From a candidate division FCPU426 bacterium (GTDB lineage Bacteria; Oederibacteriota; JAAXVQ01; JAUVAV01): a stretch of 64,000 bases of DNA. This document shows positions 37,474 through 47,266 of this stretch, piece by piece. The position numbers were made by a program, and so were the translations under genes. The notes under the pieces were generated by a model. That model searched no databases. It was given only the letters and a program-made list of their open reading frames with translations, and was not told where the DNA came from. Numbering within the stretch: position 1 is the first letter of the stretch; every line of letters starts with the position of its first letter. The stretch lies in NCBI GenBank assembly GCA_040756875.1, contig JBFLYH010000001.1:480001-544000 (forward strand). Reading direction: 5' to 3'.

Positions 37474-39753
37474 ATGAGCGGTCGAAGCGTTCTGCATACG
37501 ATCCTGACGGGGATTGCGTTGGCGGGAATGCTTTTATCCGTCGGTGCCTTGCCGGCTTGGTCGGATCCTCAGAATCCCAAAACCTATTATTCGGGTTCCA
37601 ATGCCCGGAGCATCGCGTTGGATACCTATCGCAATCGCTTGTACCTCATCAGGAACACCACGCCGAATATCCGGGTTTTCACTCTCGACAGCCAGGGCGA
37701 TACCACTTTAGCGGTAAATGATTTTACCATGGGAACCAACAGCCTGGCGATAAGCCTGGACGCCCGTCGCAACCGCATGTACCTGGCGCAAAATACGATT
37801 GGCGCCGGCCAGGAAGTGCAAGTGGTGACGCTAGACCCAAACGGAGATCCGTCAGGTAACCTTGGCCGGGATACCTCCTCGTCCTATGCACAGGCCTTGG
37901 CGTTGGATCCACAACGCAACCGTCTGTATGTGGGTTTGGCGGACAATACCGTGGGATTGGCAGTTGTCAGCCTGAATTCCTCCGGTGATGCGATCGGACA
38001 CACAACCCACCTGACCAATAACCGGGTGAATGCCCTGACCCTGGATGCGGCCCGCAACAAGCTTTATTTGGGATATAACAACGGCGCCGTGGGCACCTGC
38101 AATCTGGACGCTTTTGGCGATGTGGCAGCCATCAACAATACCCGCACGGCCGGGAGCGGGAACGTGACCAGCCTGGCGCTGAACAGCTTTTTAAACTGCC
38201 TCTATGTGGCTGCTGGAAACAATGTTCTTTATACCTTCCCGTTAGAGTCCGAAGCTTCAGCAGACCCAGGAGAACTGGCCGGGTCGGCCAACTCATTCAT
38301 CGTCACCGGCATACCCATATGCTTGTTAGCTGATGCGACGCGACAGCGTCTGTATTTCGGGATGGCTGAAACCGGCACGTCGGATTTACGCTGGGTTTCC
38401 CTGGACGCTTCTGGGATCCCGACCGGCTCCGTTACCTCGGCCACCGCTGATGATCTGTGGGGCATGGCCATGGATGCGGAACGCCGGAAATTTTATACTG
38501 TTGCGGATGCAACCAGCCGTTATTACGACCTTTCAGAATTGGGGATGCCGTTTTTAATGATCAATCACGGCGCCTCGACCACCACCCAGACCGATGTCGA
38601 GTTGCATTGGAGCCTGCCCAACCCGCATTTTGCCCTGGTGGACGGGACGTCGGACCTAGTCAACTACCAATTCCCGGTCACTTTTACCGCTAATACGGTT
38701 TTCGATCAGTGGCATTCAACGGATGACGAGCGCTGGTGCAATGTGGCCGGGGCCCGCGCCACCACCCTGACCGTTAAAGCCCAGCTGACAGGCGGGGCGG
38801 GATTAAAAAGAGTCCGTGTTTGGTTCATGGAAGACGCAGCTGCTGTGAACGGAGGAGCGGTTTCTCATTACCGGGAAGCCTTGATTACCCTGTCTGGCGA
38901 TACACCGACTTACACTCCGACCTTTTCCCATACACCCACGATTTCAGCGACACCGACGCATACCGGCACCCCGACGGCCACGTGCACACGCACCGCCAGT
39001 TTGACGCCCAGCCCGACGCCAACGCCTTCCATAACCGGCACGGCCACGGATACTGCCACGCGGACTCCGACCTGGACGCCTTCCGCGACCTTTACCCCGA
39101 CGCCTTCCGCCACTTTTACCCCGACGCCTTCCGCCACTTTTACGCCCACGCCCACCACCACGTTCACATCCACGCCGTCCGCGACCGGCACTTTCACCGG
39201 TACGTCGACCTCCAGCCAAACGCCGACACCCAGCTCCAGCGCCACGCCCTCGCGGACTCCGACCCTCACCTCGACGCCAACCCCAACCGGTACGTTCACA
39301 GGAACGGCAACGATTTCTCCCACCTCTACTGATACACCCGTGGTCAGCCCGACCCCCACGTTGACCGTCACCCTGACAGCGACGATCACGCCCACGCGCA
39401 CCATCACGCCAACCATCACGATGACGCCGACGCAGACGCCCACGCTGCCGCCCACGGCCACGCCGACGCCGGCAACGCTTTTTTACCTGGATAAAAACCA
39501 ATTTATGCCTTCGCGGGAACGGTTAAACCTGAAAGTGGGCCTGCTGTCAGGACAAACGGCTGATATCAGGATTTACACCTTGTCCGGCCGGCTGCTCCGC
39601 TCTTGGCAGGTGCCTCCGCTGCCCGGCGGATATCTGCGTTTGGAATGGGATGGGCGTAACCAGAGCGGGGAACCCGTGGCTTCCGGAATTTATTTCGTGG
39701 TTTTCGAGGCGCCGGATTATAAAGTGGTCAGAAAAGTGCTGGTGATCCGATGA
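37474..39753 (+). CDS. Secreted beta-propeller protein with Thr/Pro-rich stalk and C-terminal FlgD-Ig/T9SS type A CTD-like domain
   Basis: Signal peptide; repeated ALD..RNRLY blades; ~190-aa TP/TAT stalk; IRIYTLSGRLLR..WDGRNQSGEPVASGIYFV..KVLVIR. Confidence 0.8.
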   Translation: MSGRSVLHTILTGIALAGMLLSVGALPAWSDPQNPKTYYSGSNARSIALDTYRNRLYLIRNTTPNIRVFTLDSQGDTTLAVNDFTMGTNSLAISLDARRNRMYLAQNTIGAGQEVQVVTLDPNGDPSGNLGRDTSSSYAQALALDPQRNRLYVGLADNTVGLAVVSLNSSGDAIGHTTHLTNNRVNALTLDAARNKLYLGYNNGAVGTCNLDAFGDVAAINNTRTAGSGNVTSLALNSFLNCLYVAAGNNVLYTFPLESEASADPGELAGSANSFIVTGIPICLLADATRQRLYFGMAETGTSDLRWVSLDASGIPTGSVTSATADDLWGMAMDAERRKFYTVADATSRYYDLSELGMPFLMINHGASTTTQTDVELHWSLPNPHFALVDGTSDLVNYQFPVTFTANTVFDQWHSTDDERWCNVAGARATTLTVKAQLTGGAGLKRVRVWFMEDAAAVNGGAVSHYREALITLSGDTPTYTPTFSHTPTISATPTHTGTPTATCTRTASLTPSPTPTPSITGTATDTATRTPTWTPSATFTPTPSATFTPTPSATFTPTPTTTFTSTPSATGTFTGTSTSSQTPTPSSSATPSRTPTLTSTPTPTGTFTGTATISPTSTDTPVVSPTPTLTVTLTATITPTRTITPTITMTPTQTPTLPPTATPTPATLFYLDKNQFMPSRERLNLKVGLLSGQTADIRIYTLSGRLLRSWQVPPLPGGYLRLEWDGRNQSGEPVASGIYFVVFEAPDYKVVRKVLVIR
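39076..39147 (+). repeat. Three tandem 24-bp coding repeats (TPSATFTP)
   Basis: ACGCCTTCCGC(G/C)AC(C/T)TTTAC(C/G)CC(G/C) x3 within the Thr/Pro stalk. Confidence 0.9.
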
Positions 39754-41975
39754 GACGCCGCTTGTTTGCCATCCTGCTGGCAGGAAGCCTGATGACTTCG
39801 TCGACATGGTGCTTGGCCGGCGAAGGAACCACCGGGGCGGATTTTCTAAGGCTGGTTCCGGGCGCGCGGGCCGCGGCCCTGGCTGGCAGTTATTCCGCCT
39901 TGGGCCTGGATGCGGAATCAATGTTTGCAAATCCGGCGGGGATCCTGGGGCTGCTGAACCCGCAAGTGGGCGTGAGTCATTTATCCTGGTGGGAAGGCAT
40001 TACCTACGACGCATTGTGGGGCGTGCAACCCTTGGGAGAAGCAGGCGCTATCGGATTGTCCGCCGCCTGGCTGAATGTCGCCCCCTTCAACAGCACCGAA
40101 GACCCGGCAGCCCCTGCAGGCCAGGCGTGGAACATCCTTTGCGGCGGAAGCTATGCCTATAAATTCGGCCGTTCCCTGGCTTGCGGCGCACAACTCAAGG
40201 CGCTTTTGTCACGGCTGGGCGATTCCCAATCATGGGGTGTAGCGTTGGACGCAGGCGCCCAGTATTTTCTCAGCAATGATCAATTGGTATTCTCCGGCGT
40301 TGTCAGGGAAGTGGGGATCATGGCACCCTTCCAAGCGGTTGCGGACCCGCTGCCCCTGGCAGGGATTGTCGGCCTGGGATACCTATTGTGGCCTGACGAA
40401 CCCTGGCGGTTGTCCCTGTCCGCGGAGAGCGTTTTTTCGCCGGCCGGGAAACCCGCCTTCAGCTTGGGAGTGGAGGGTTGGGCGGAGAATTTTCTGGCTT
40501 TGCGGGCTGGTGTCAAATCCGATCAAGATTCCGGGGACTGGCTGACGCTCGGAGCGGGGCTGCGTTGGCAGGGCGTGCATCTGGATTATGCGTTGACACC
40601 CTTGGGCGGCATGGGTTTAGTGCACCGCTTTTCACTGGCGTATGATTTCGGCAGCCAGCGGCGGTTGGCCAGGCCCAAACTTAAAGTCGTGATGAGCGTG
40701 CGGGAATTCGTTTATCCGGACGGTGATCCTGGATATAACGTCCAATTGGTGCCGACCGCTGTGGTCGCTTCTGGACTCGACCACTGGGACGCCTTGATTC
40801 AGGAGACAGCCACGAAACGCGTGGTGTACCGGGCCAGCGGCGAGAAACAGCTTCCGATGGCTTTGACCTGGAAAGGGGTGGACGAAGCCGGCAAACGCGT
40901 GAATGTGGAAGGATATTACCTATATCAAATGCGGGTGGTGGACCAGCAGGGTTACGTTGCAAAAGTTGAGGGTGAAATCCTGCCCATTTCGATCACGGCG
41001 CTTCCCAAACTTAAAGCGTCGCCGAGGGATATTTTTGCCGGTCAAGTTACTTTCCGCCCCAAAACCAGCGAGGATTTGCAGGAGTGGTCCATCGAAATCG
41101 TCGACGCCAACGGCCGTGTGCTTAAACGTTACCTGGGTCAGGGAACCATTCCCAAGGATTTTGCCTGGGACGGCACCGATGAAAAACAGAGACAGGTAGC
41201 GGTGAAGACCGGTTATCATTTCGTCCTTAAAGTCAGGGACCGTCAGAACAATGAAATGAGGAGCGCGTCGCCTCTGATCGTGATCGATGCAGGCACCAAG
41301 GCTTTCACCGATCAGCCCGCGACCCTGGACGAACAGGTCCCGTTTCATTTCGAACCCACGGATATCAAGATCAAACGCTGGGTTTTCAACATCCTCGACA
41401 CGGGCAGCGGCAAAATCGTCCGCACCTACGAAGGCACGGCGCCTTTGCCTGAAACCTTGGTTTGGGATTCCAAGGATGAACAGGGCCGGCGTGTGTCTTC
41501 GCGTGAACAGTACAGCTACGTCCTGCAAATGCAGGACTCTCTCGGCAACGTTTGGCAGCAGGCCGCACCCATTCACGCCACGGCGGTTCGCGTGTTAACT
41601 TCTGCCGGCGCGGGCCCGGCGCTGAAGGTGGAGGAAATTCTTTTCGACTTCAACCAGGCCGAGCTTAAAACCGCGGTATTCGAAAAACTCCGCAAAATTG
41701 CGGATTTGGTCCGGTCCCATTCGGGCAAAGGCGTCCAGGTGATGATTGAGGGACATACGGATGAAATCGGCACGGACGCCTACAACAAGGAATTGTCACT
41801 GAAACGAGCGAAAATGGTGATGCGTTACCTGGTGGAGGATGAAGCCCTGCCGTCATCTTTGATGCAGACTCAGGGCTATGGCAAGAGCAGGCTGATCTAT
41901 ACTGGCGATGCGCCCGATAAGCGGGCGAAAAACCGGCGGGTGGAAGTGACCCTGTTTCTGCCCGGCGAGCAATAA
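39750..41975 (+). CDS. PorV/PorQ-family barrel fused to FlgD-Ig repeats and OmpA peptidoglycan-binding domain
   Basis: GTTGADFLRLVPGARAAALAG..NPAG; LDYALTP.G.MG.VHRFSLAYDF; three W(K/D)(G/S).DE units; FDFN..EGHTD..LSLKRA..NRRVE. Confidence 0.82.
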   Translation: MRRRLFAILLAGSLMTSSTWCLAGEGTTGADFLRLVPGARAAALAGSYSALGLDAESMFANPAGILGLLNPQVGVSHLSWWEGITYDALWGVQPLGEAGAIGLSAAWLNVAPFNSTEDPAAPAGQAWNILCGGSYAYKFGRSLACGAQLKALLSRLGDSQSWGVALDAGAQYFLSNDQLVFSGVVREVGIMAPFQAVADPLPLAGIVGLGYLLWPDEPWRLSLSAESVFSPAGKPAFSLGVEGWAENFLALRAGVKSDQDSGDWLTLGAGLRWQGVHLDYALTPLGGMGLVHRFSLAYDFGSQRRLARPKLKVVMSVREFVYPDGDPGYNVQLVPTAVVASGLDHWDALIQETATKRVVYRASGEKQLPMALTWKGVDEAGKRVNVEGYYLYQMRVVDQQGYVAKVEGEILPISITALPKLKASPRDIFAGQVTFRPKTSEDLQEWSIEIVDANGRVLKRYLGQGTIPKDFAWDGTDEKQRQVAVKTGYHFVLKVRDRQNNEMRSASPLIVIDAGTKAFTDQPATLDEQVPFHFEPTDIKIKRWVFNILDTGSGKIVRTYEGTAPLPETLVWDSKDEQGRRVSSREQYSYVLQMQDSLGNVWQQAAPIHATAVRVLTSAGAGPALKVEEILFDFNQAELKTAVFEKLRKIADLVRSHSGKGVQVMIEGHTDEIGTDAYNKELSLKRAKMVMRYLVEDEALPSSLMQTQGYGKSRLIYTGDAPDKRAKNRRVEVTLFLPGEQ

Positions 41976-42089
41976 GCGATATTGGCGCTTTCGGATTTTC
42001 CGCGGAGCGCAAGAATTTCACTTGCGGCGTTTTCGATCCGGTCAGTATAATAGCACCCTGCCAACACTGGATTTGTTTAGGAGACGAGC

Positions 42090-43127
42090 ATGGTCATTGA
42101 CGGGGGTTTGGAATTCGAACGGCCATTAGTGGAACTGGAGCGGCGGATTGAAGAATTGCGCAGCTTCACGAACGGCCAACAATTGAATTTGGACCAGGAA
42201 CTGGCCCAAATGGAGGAACGCGCACGTAAACTGCGGGAGGAAATTTACTCCAACCTGAGTCCCTGGCAGATTGTCCAGGTCAGCCGGCATCCCCAGCGGC
42301 CGCATACCCTGGATTACATCCAGAATATCTTTACGAATTTCCAGGAACTGCACGGAGACCGGGCTTTCATCGACGACCGTGCCATGGTCGGCGGAGTCGC
42401 CTGGCTTGACGACCGCCCTTGCGTGGTCATGGGCACGCAGAAGGGCAAGGATACTAAAGAGAACCTCATCCATAATTTCGGCCTGCCGCTTCCTGAGGGG
42501 TATCGTAAAGCGTTGCGCCTGATGAAATTCGCGGAAAAATTCCAGTTGCCGGTCATCACCTTCGTCGATACGGCCGGGGCTTTTCCGGGCATGGAAGGCG
42601 AAGAACGCGGCGTGGCCGAAGCCATTGCCAGGAATTTGCGCGAAATGTCCATTCTCCGCACCCCCATCCTCGTGGTTGTCATTGGGGAAGGAGGCAGCGG
42701 AGGGGCGCTGGGCATCGGCGTGGGAGATACCGTGCTGATGTTATCCAACGCCATGTACACGGTTATCACACCTGAAGGGTGCGCGGCCATTTTGTGGAAA
42801 GACCGGGCTGAGGCCCCGAAGGCGGCGGAAATTCTAAAACTGACGGCACCTCATTTAAAAAGCCTGGACATTATCGACGAGATCATCGAGGAACCCCTGG
42901 GCGGGGCGCACCGCGAGCCGAAAATAGTCACTGAACGCGTCAAACTCAAGCTTGTAGAACATATGGAACGGTTGTCCCGGATCCCATCGGAGCAGTTGTT
43001 GGAGTTGCGTTATCAGAAATACCGTCGCATGGGGTTTCTGCAATCCACGGAACCGCTCCCAGAAACTGGTGAGGGGTCATCGCCAGGCCAGGAGTCAACC
43101 GCTGCCATCAATCATGCCCAATCCTAA
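42090..43127 (+). CDS. accA: Acetyl-CoA carboxylase carboxyltransferase alpha
   Basis: LEFERP, RHPQRP, PEGYRKALR, GEGGSGGA; TATAAT at 42046-42051 upstream. Confidence 0.98.
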   Translation: MVIDGGLEFERPLVELERRIEELRSFTNGQQLNLDQELAQMEERARKLREEIYSNLSPWQIVQVSRHPQRPHTLDYIQNIFTNFQELHGDRAFIDDRAMVGGVAWLDDRPCVVMGTQKGKDTKENLIHNFGLPLPEGYRKALRLMKFAEKFQLPVITFVDTAGAFPGMEGEERGVAEAIARNLREMSILRTPILVVVIGEGGSGGALGIGVGDTVLMLSNAMYTVITPEGCAAILWKDRAEAPKAAEILKLTAPHLKSLDIIDEIIEEPLGGAHREPKIVTERVKLKLVEHMERLSRIPSEQLLELRYQKYRRMGFLQSTEPLPETGEGSSPGQESTAAINHAQS

Positions 43128-43878
43128 ATCGCTTTACAGCCCTTCTCATCACAACCACATCCCGTTGTCCAGCCTGTTCGCTTTGAATGTAATGCTTTGT
43201 CTAGTTTTCTGGTCTTTTTCTCCTGCTGCCCATTCGGCCGATCCGGCGGAAGTCGGAGACCAAAAAATGGTTATTGTCATCGACCCGGGACACGGTGGAC
43301 GGGATTCTGGAATCGAAAGCCAACCGGCTGATCCCTGGAGCGAAAAAGTCCTGATGATGGAACTGGCCCGCACCCTTGAAAACCGTCTGGAAAAGAAGGG
43401 ATTCCAGGTTTTTTTAACGCGCACCGGGGACGAATCCTGTTCACTTCTAGAACGGATGAGCCTGGCCAACCGGAAAAATGCCACAGTGTTTATCAGCTTG
43501 CATGTGGGCGATCGCCTGGGGAACCGAAATCCACCTGCGAGGTTTTTTATTCATCGCGTGCCGACATACAAGGAAAAATCCGCGTCCTTGAACAAGGGAC
43601 GGCTGGTGGCGTGGGAGACTGCGCAGCAAAATCTCAAACTGCAAAGCCGCAAAGTAGCCGAAGCCTTGCGCGCGGCCTGGGAAGGGCAGACGGCGGAAAT
43701 AATTGAAATACCCATGGCTGTTCTGGTCGGTGTCAATCATCCGGCGGTTTTGGCGGAATTACCTCCGCCCGGCGGCGGGAAACAGGAGAAAAAACCAGGC
43801 CCGGAAGTCTGGCGGAGTGAGGCCGAGCGCTTGGCCAGCGGGATTGAGCGGTATCTGTCAAGCCGGGGGAACAAATGA
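43114..43878 (+). CDS. N-acetylmuramoyl-L-alanine amidase (Amidase_3)
   Basis: IDPGHGG, EK, LTR, FISLH, PAVLAE. Confidence 0.88.
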   Translation: MPNPKSLYSPSHHNHIPLSSLFALNVMLCLVFWSFSPAAHSADPAEVGDQKMVIVIDPGHGGRDSGIESQPADPWSEKVLMMELARTLENRLEKKGFQVFLTRTGDESCSLLERMSLANRKNATVFISLHVGDRLGNRNPPARFFIHRVPTYKEKSASLNKGRLVAWETAQQNLKLQSRKVAEALRAAWEGQTAEIIEIPMAVLVGVNHPAVLAELPPPGGGKQEKKPGPEVWRSEAERLASGIERYLSSRGNK

Positions 43879-44435
43879 CGACCAAACACCGCTCTGAATG
43901 GATTCCTTCGGTTTTGGCAGTGACCGGGGTGGCTGTTTTGGCTGCTCTGGGTTGGTGGTTTGTCAGCTGGTCAGGTCAATCTCGACTTGGATCGGCGAAC
44001 GCGCCGGGAGATTCACCGCTGCGAACGGCCAAACTCTTTTTCGCGCTGGATAATCCGCGTCATTTCAAGGAAACGTCGGTTCGCATTCCGACGTCGGAGC
44101 TACTGCGTGTTCGGGTCAAACAACTGCTGGAGCAATTTGGCCCGGAGGCGGCGAATTCGCCCTTCGGAAACCTTCCGCTGCCGTCGAAAGTGCGCGCGGT
44201 CTATCTGCGGGGTAGTGGAATGCTGGTGGTTGACTTTGAAAAAACCGTCCAGTATAATCAATCCGTCAGCGCCCAGGAAGAACTTGCGGCTGTTCGTTCG
44301 CTGTTGAAAACCTTGGTGATGAATTTTCCCGAAGTCAAGGCCGTGAAATTCTTAATCGGTGGGCAGGAAGCGGAAGCGCTGGCCGGTCATGTGGATATTT
44401 CCAGAGCATTGTGCTTGGATGATGTCACTTGGTAG
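43875..44435 (+). CDS. GerMN domain protein
   Basis: N-terminal TM, LFF, VVDF, SLLKTL..FPEVKAVKFLIGG..LAGHVD; common partner of amidase. Confidence 0.85.
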   Translation: MTTKHRSEWIPSVLAVTGVAVLAALGWWFVSWSGQSRLGSANAPGDSPLRTAKLFFALDNPRHFKETSVRIPTSELLRVRVKQLLEQFGPEAANSPFGNLPLPSKVRAVYLRGSGMLVVDFEKTVQYNQSVSAQEELAAVRSLLKTLVMNFPEVKAVKFLIGGQEAEALAGHVDISRALCLDDVTW

Positions 44436-44463
44436 CTTTCATCACTGAGAGGGGACTACCGGT

Positions 44464-44913
44464 ATGAGCCCAACCACGAAAATCACGCCTGCGCAGACGG
44501 CGGGCCAGAAGCCAAGCGGATGCCTGCCTGGCGCGGCCATCCTGGCTTTATTGCTGCTGATTCTAATGGTGGCCGCAGCCCTCAGCCTGTATATGAAACC
44601 CACAAATGTGTTAAAGTATGGCTTGGTGACAGCGTTGAATGAAACCGAGACCCGCCTGGCCAGGGAAAAAACCCTTTCACCCGAGCAATATCAGGAATTG
44701 AGAGTTTACGTGACAGCGGCCCAATCCTTTATCGCCAATCAGAAACTCGACCGGCCAAACCTGATGCGCGCCAGCCTGGTCATCAAAGCCTTTCGCCAAG
44801 CCTTGCGTGATAACGTGATTGACCGCGACGAACTGGCGGCCATTCGCGCGGCTGTTTGGCGGGCGAATATACCCTTGCCCGTTAAACCCAGGAACGCACC
44901 GCCAAAACGCTGA
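44464..44913 (+). CDS. Hypothetical single-pass membrane protein
   Basis: GAGAGGGG RBS; SGCL followed by a TM helix. Confidence 0.7.
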   Translation: MSPTTKITPAQTAGQKPSGCLPGAAILALLLLILMVAAALSLYMKPTNVLKYGLVTALNETETRLAREKTLSPEQYQELRVYVTAAQSFIANQKLDRPNLMRASLVIKAFRQALRDNVIDRDELAAIRAAVWRANIPLPVKPRNAPPKR

Positions 44914-44932
44914 TTCGTCCATTGGAAAAATC

Positions 44933-45007
<75 letters not shown>

Positions 45008-45141
45008 TCTGCTCCTTCCATAAAATTCCTGGGCTTCAGTCCGGGGATGGTATTATGGAATGTTGTTTTATTGCGGAAGAAAGCCCGGAAATTTTGTCGG
45101 GGAGGCTTCCGCTCATCATCTGGAAGGGACGATCGACGGCA

Positions 45142-45663
45142 GTGAAACATTTTCGGCGGTTGTTGGTCATTTTGCTGGTCATGCACGTTGCACCGCTTAT
45201 TCCAGCTTCGATTTGTGAGGCGAAGAAAAAGGCCCGTTATTCCGTCAAACCGGACGAGGTTCAGACCGTTCAGGCCGACACCCACCGGCGGCAATGGGGA
45301 ATGGGATTGATCATCGGCGATCCCACGGGGGTCACCGTGAAGTACTGGCTGGATCGGCGCATGGCTTGGGATTTTGCCCTGGGTTCGCAGCTTTCCTTGG
45401 CGGGCGTAGGGGTCCATGCGGATTATTTATTCCACCTGCCGGTGATCACCGATACTCCCGAAGCGCCCTTATTCATCGGCGGCGGGGCTTTTCTGGGCGC
45501 AGGCGGCAACCAGGTGGCTGCCGGGCTTCGCGGCGTGGTAGGCATGACGTACATTTTTTCCGAACCCTTTGATATATTTATGCAGCTTTCTCCCACCTTG
45601 GCGATTTCCCCGGATTTCAATTTTTATTTTACTTTTTCGATCGGCGGGCGGGTCTATTTATAA
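45142..45663 (+). CDS. Small outer-membrane beta-barrel protein (DUF3996/BAPKO-like)
   Basis: Signal peptide; GMGLIIGDPTGVTVKYW, HADYL, terminal GGRVYL strand. Confidence 0.7.
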   Translation: MKHFRRLLVILLVMHVAPLIPASICEAKKKARYSVKPDEVQTVQADTHRRQWGMGLIIGDPTGVTVKYWLDRRMAWDFALGSQLSLAGVGVHADYLFHLPVITDTPEAPLFIGGGAFLGAGGNQVAAGLRGVVGMTYIFSEPFDIFMQLSPTLAISPDFNFYFTFSIGGRVYL

Positions 45664-45846
45664 CCGCATGAGCACACTGGCTTCTCGCGGCCTCCCGTGA
45701 ACCCTTCCTGACTGTAAAAAAAAATCCCCCCGAAGTAAAAAAAATATTTACCACGTAAGTCAATCGCGTTAGAATATCGGCAAGTTCCCCCCCGAGGGAG
45801 CGCGCGCCGGATTACCGGCGAATCATTCGGAGGAGGTGAGATCGAG

Positions 45847-46227
45847 GTGAAGGCTCTGGGTCGGCACATACTGCTGGAGCTTCACGAATGCGACAGCAAG
45901 ATTCTACAGGATCATGAGCAAATCGAACAAATAATGAAGGGGGCTGCGCTGGCGGCAAGAGCCACGATTGTCAAGTCGGTGTTTCACCATTTCAATCCAT
46001 ATGGTGTAAGCGGCGTCGTGGTCATCGCGGAGTCCCATTTGTCGATTCATACCTGGCCTGAGCACGGGTACGCGGCGCTGGACTTCTTTACCTGCGGCGA
46101 TGAAGTGGATCCGTGGGTTGCCCACCATTATGTCGCGGAACGTTTGGGAGCAAAACGGCGTACATCCATTGAAATGAAGCGAGGTATTTTCGACCGGCCG
46201 GTATTAAAGCACAAAATCGAAGCCTAG
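45847..46227 (+). CDS. speD: S-adenosylmethionine decarboxylase proenzyme (class 1B)
   Basis: GRH, F.PYGVSGVVVIAESHLSIHTWPE, DFFTCG. Confidence 0.96.
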   Translation: MKALGRHILLELHECDSKILQDHEQIEQIMKGAALAARATIVKSVFHHFNPYGVSGVVVIAESHLSIHTWPEHGYAALDFFTCGDEVDPWVAHHYVAERLGAKRRTSIEMKRGIFDRPVLKHKIEA

Positions 46228-46328
46228 GCCGCGATTCCCAAACGAAAACGACCTGGCAGAGGTTGTCGAATGCAGAACTCGTCCTTTCGGGGCGCGGGTT
46301 CTGCATTCCCATTTTTGAGGGGCGGAAG

Positions 46329-47246
46329 ATGCAAATTTTTAATGATCGTCTCTTTATAGAAATGTACTCGGAAAACGAAGGGCACCTGCACGGATTTCGG
46401 CGCGTGCTGGTGACCGGGCAAACCGCCTACCAGCAGGTGGAGATCGTCGACACCTACGAATACGGGCGCTGCCTGCTGCTTGATGGCAAAATGCAGTCCG
46501 GCCAGGTGGATGAGCATATCTATCACGAACTGCTGGTACATCCCGCGATGGTGGCCCATCCATTGCCCAAACGGATACTCATTATCGGCGGCGGGGAAGG
46601 CGCGACACTGCGCGAAGTGTTGCGCCACGGCTCGGTTGAACGGGTGGACATGCTGGAAATCGACGAAAAAGTGGTGGAGTTCGCTAAACGCCATTTGTCA
46701 GAATGGCACCGCGGAGCGTTCGATGATCCCAGGCTGCGTTTGATTGTCGGCGACGGCAGGCGGTTTGTGCAGGAAACCGCCGAGCAATACGATGTGGTCC
46801 TCATCGACGCCTCGGATCCGTCCTATGACGGGCCGGCCTACCTGCTGTATACCCGGCAGTTTTACCAGGAGGTAGCCAAACGGCTGTCGCCCGCCGGAAT
46901 CGTCGCTACGCAGGCCGGGGCCGCCAGTCCCACCTGCGGAGAAATCATGGCTTCGATTCACACCACTCTGGGAAAGGCCTTCCCGGTGGTCAGAGCGCAC
47001 GAGGCGTTCATCCCCTCGTTTGGCTATCCCTGGGGATTCTGCCTGGGCTCAATGCAATCGGATCCCGCACGGCTCGCACCGGCCGAAGTGGATCGCCGGT
47101 TGAACGAACGCGGCGTTCAGGAACTCAAGGCTTTCGATGGCACGACGCACTGCCGCCAGTTTATGCCCGATAAAACGCTGCGGACCATGCTGGCAAGCCA
47201 GGGCAGGCTGATTAAAGATCAGCAACCCATTTACACACCGATTTAG
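46329..47246 (+). CDS. speE: Polyamine aminopropyltransferase
   Basis: LLDGKMQ, YHELLVHP, GGGEGATLRE, D..DP. Confidence 0.95.
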   Translation: MQIFNDRLFIEMYSENEGHLHGFRRVLVTGQTAYQQVEIVDTYEYGRCLLLDGKMQSGQVDEHIYHELLVHPAMVAHPLPKRILIIGGGEGATLREVLRHGSVERVDMLEIDEKVVEFAKRHLSEWHRGAFDDPRLRLIVGDGRRFVQETAEQYDVVLIDASDPSYDGPAYLLYTRQFYQEVAKRLSPAGIVATQAGAASPTCGEIMASIHTTLGKAFPVVRAHEAFIPSFGYPWGFCLGSMQSDPARLAPAEVDRRLNERGVQELKAFDGTTHCRQFMPDKTLRTMLASQGRLIKDQQPIYTPI

Positions 47247-47266
47247 GGAACGAGGTGGAAGGAAAG

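Noticed and set aside
38910-39501. Val/Gly-rich and Arg/Gly-rich minus-strand ORFs; repeats considered as a CRISPR array
   Set aside because: Reverse-frame readings of the Thr/Pro stalk; the repeats are in-frame, have no spacers, and no cas genes are present
45664-45846. Possible SAM or polyamine riboswitch upstream of speD
   Set aside because: Only short hairpins; no recognisable SAM-I/II core or terminator
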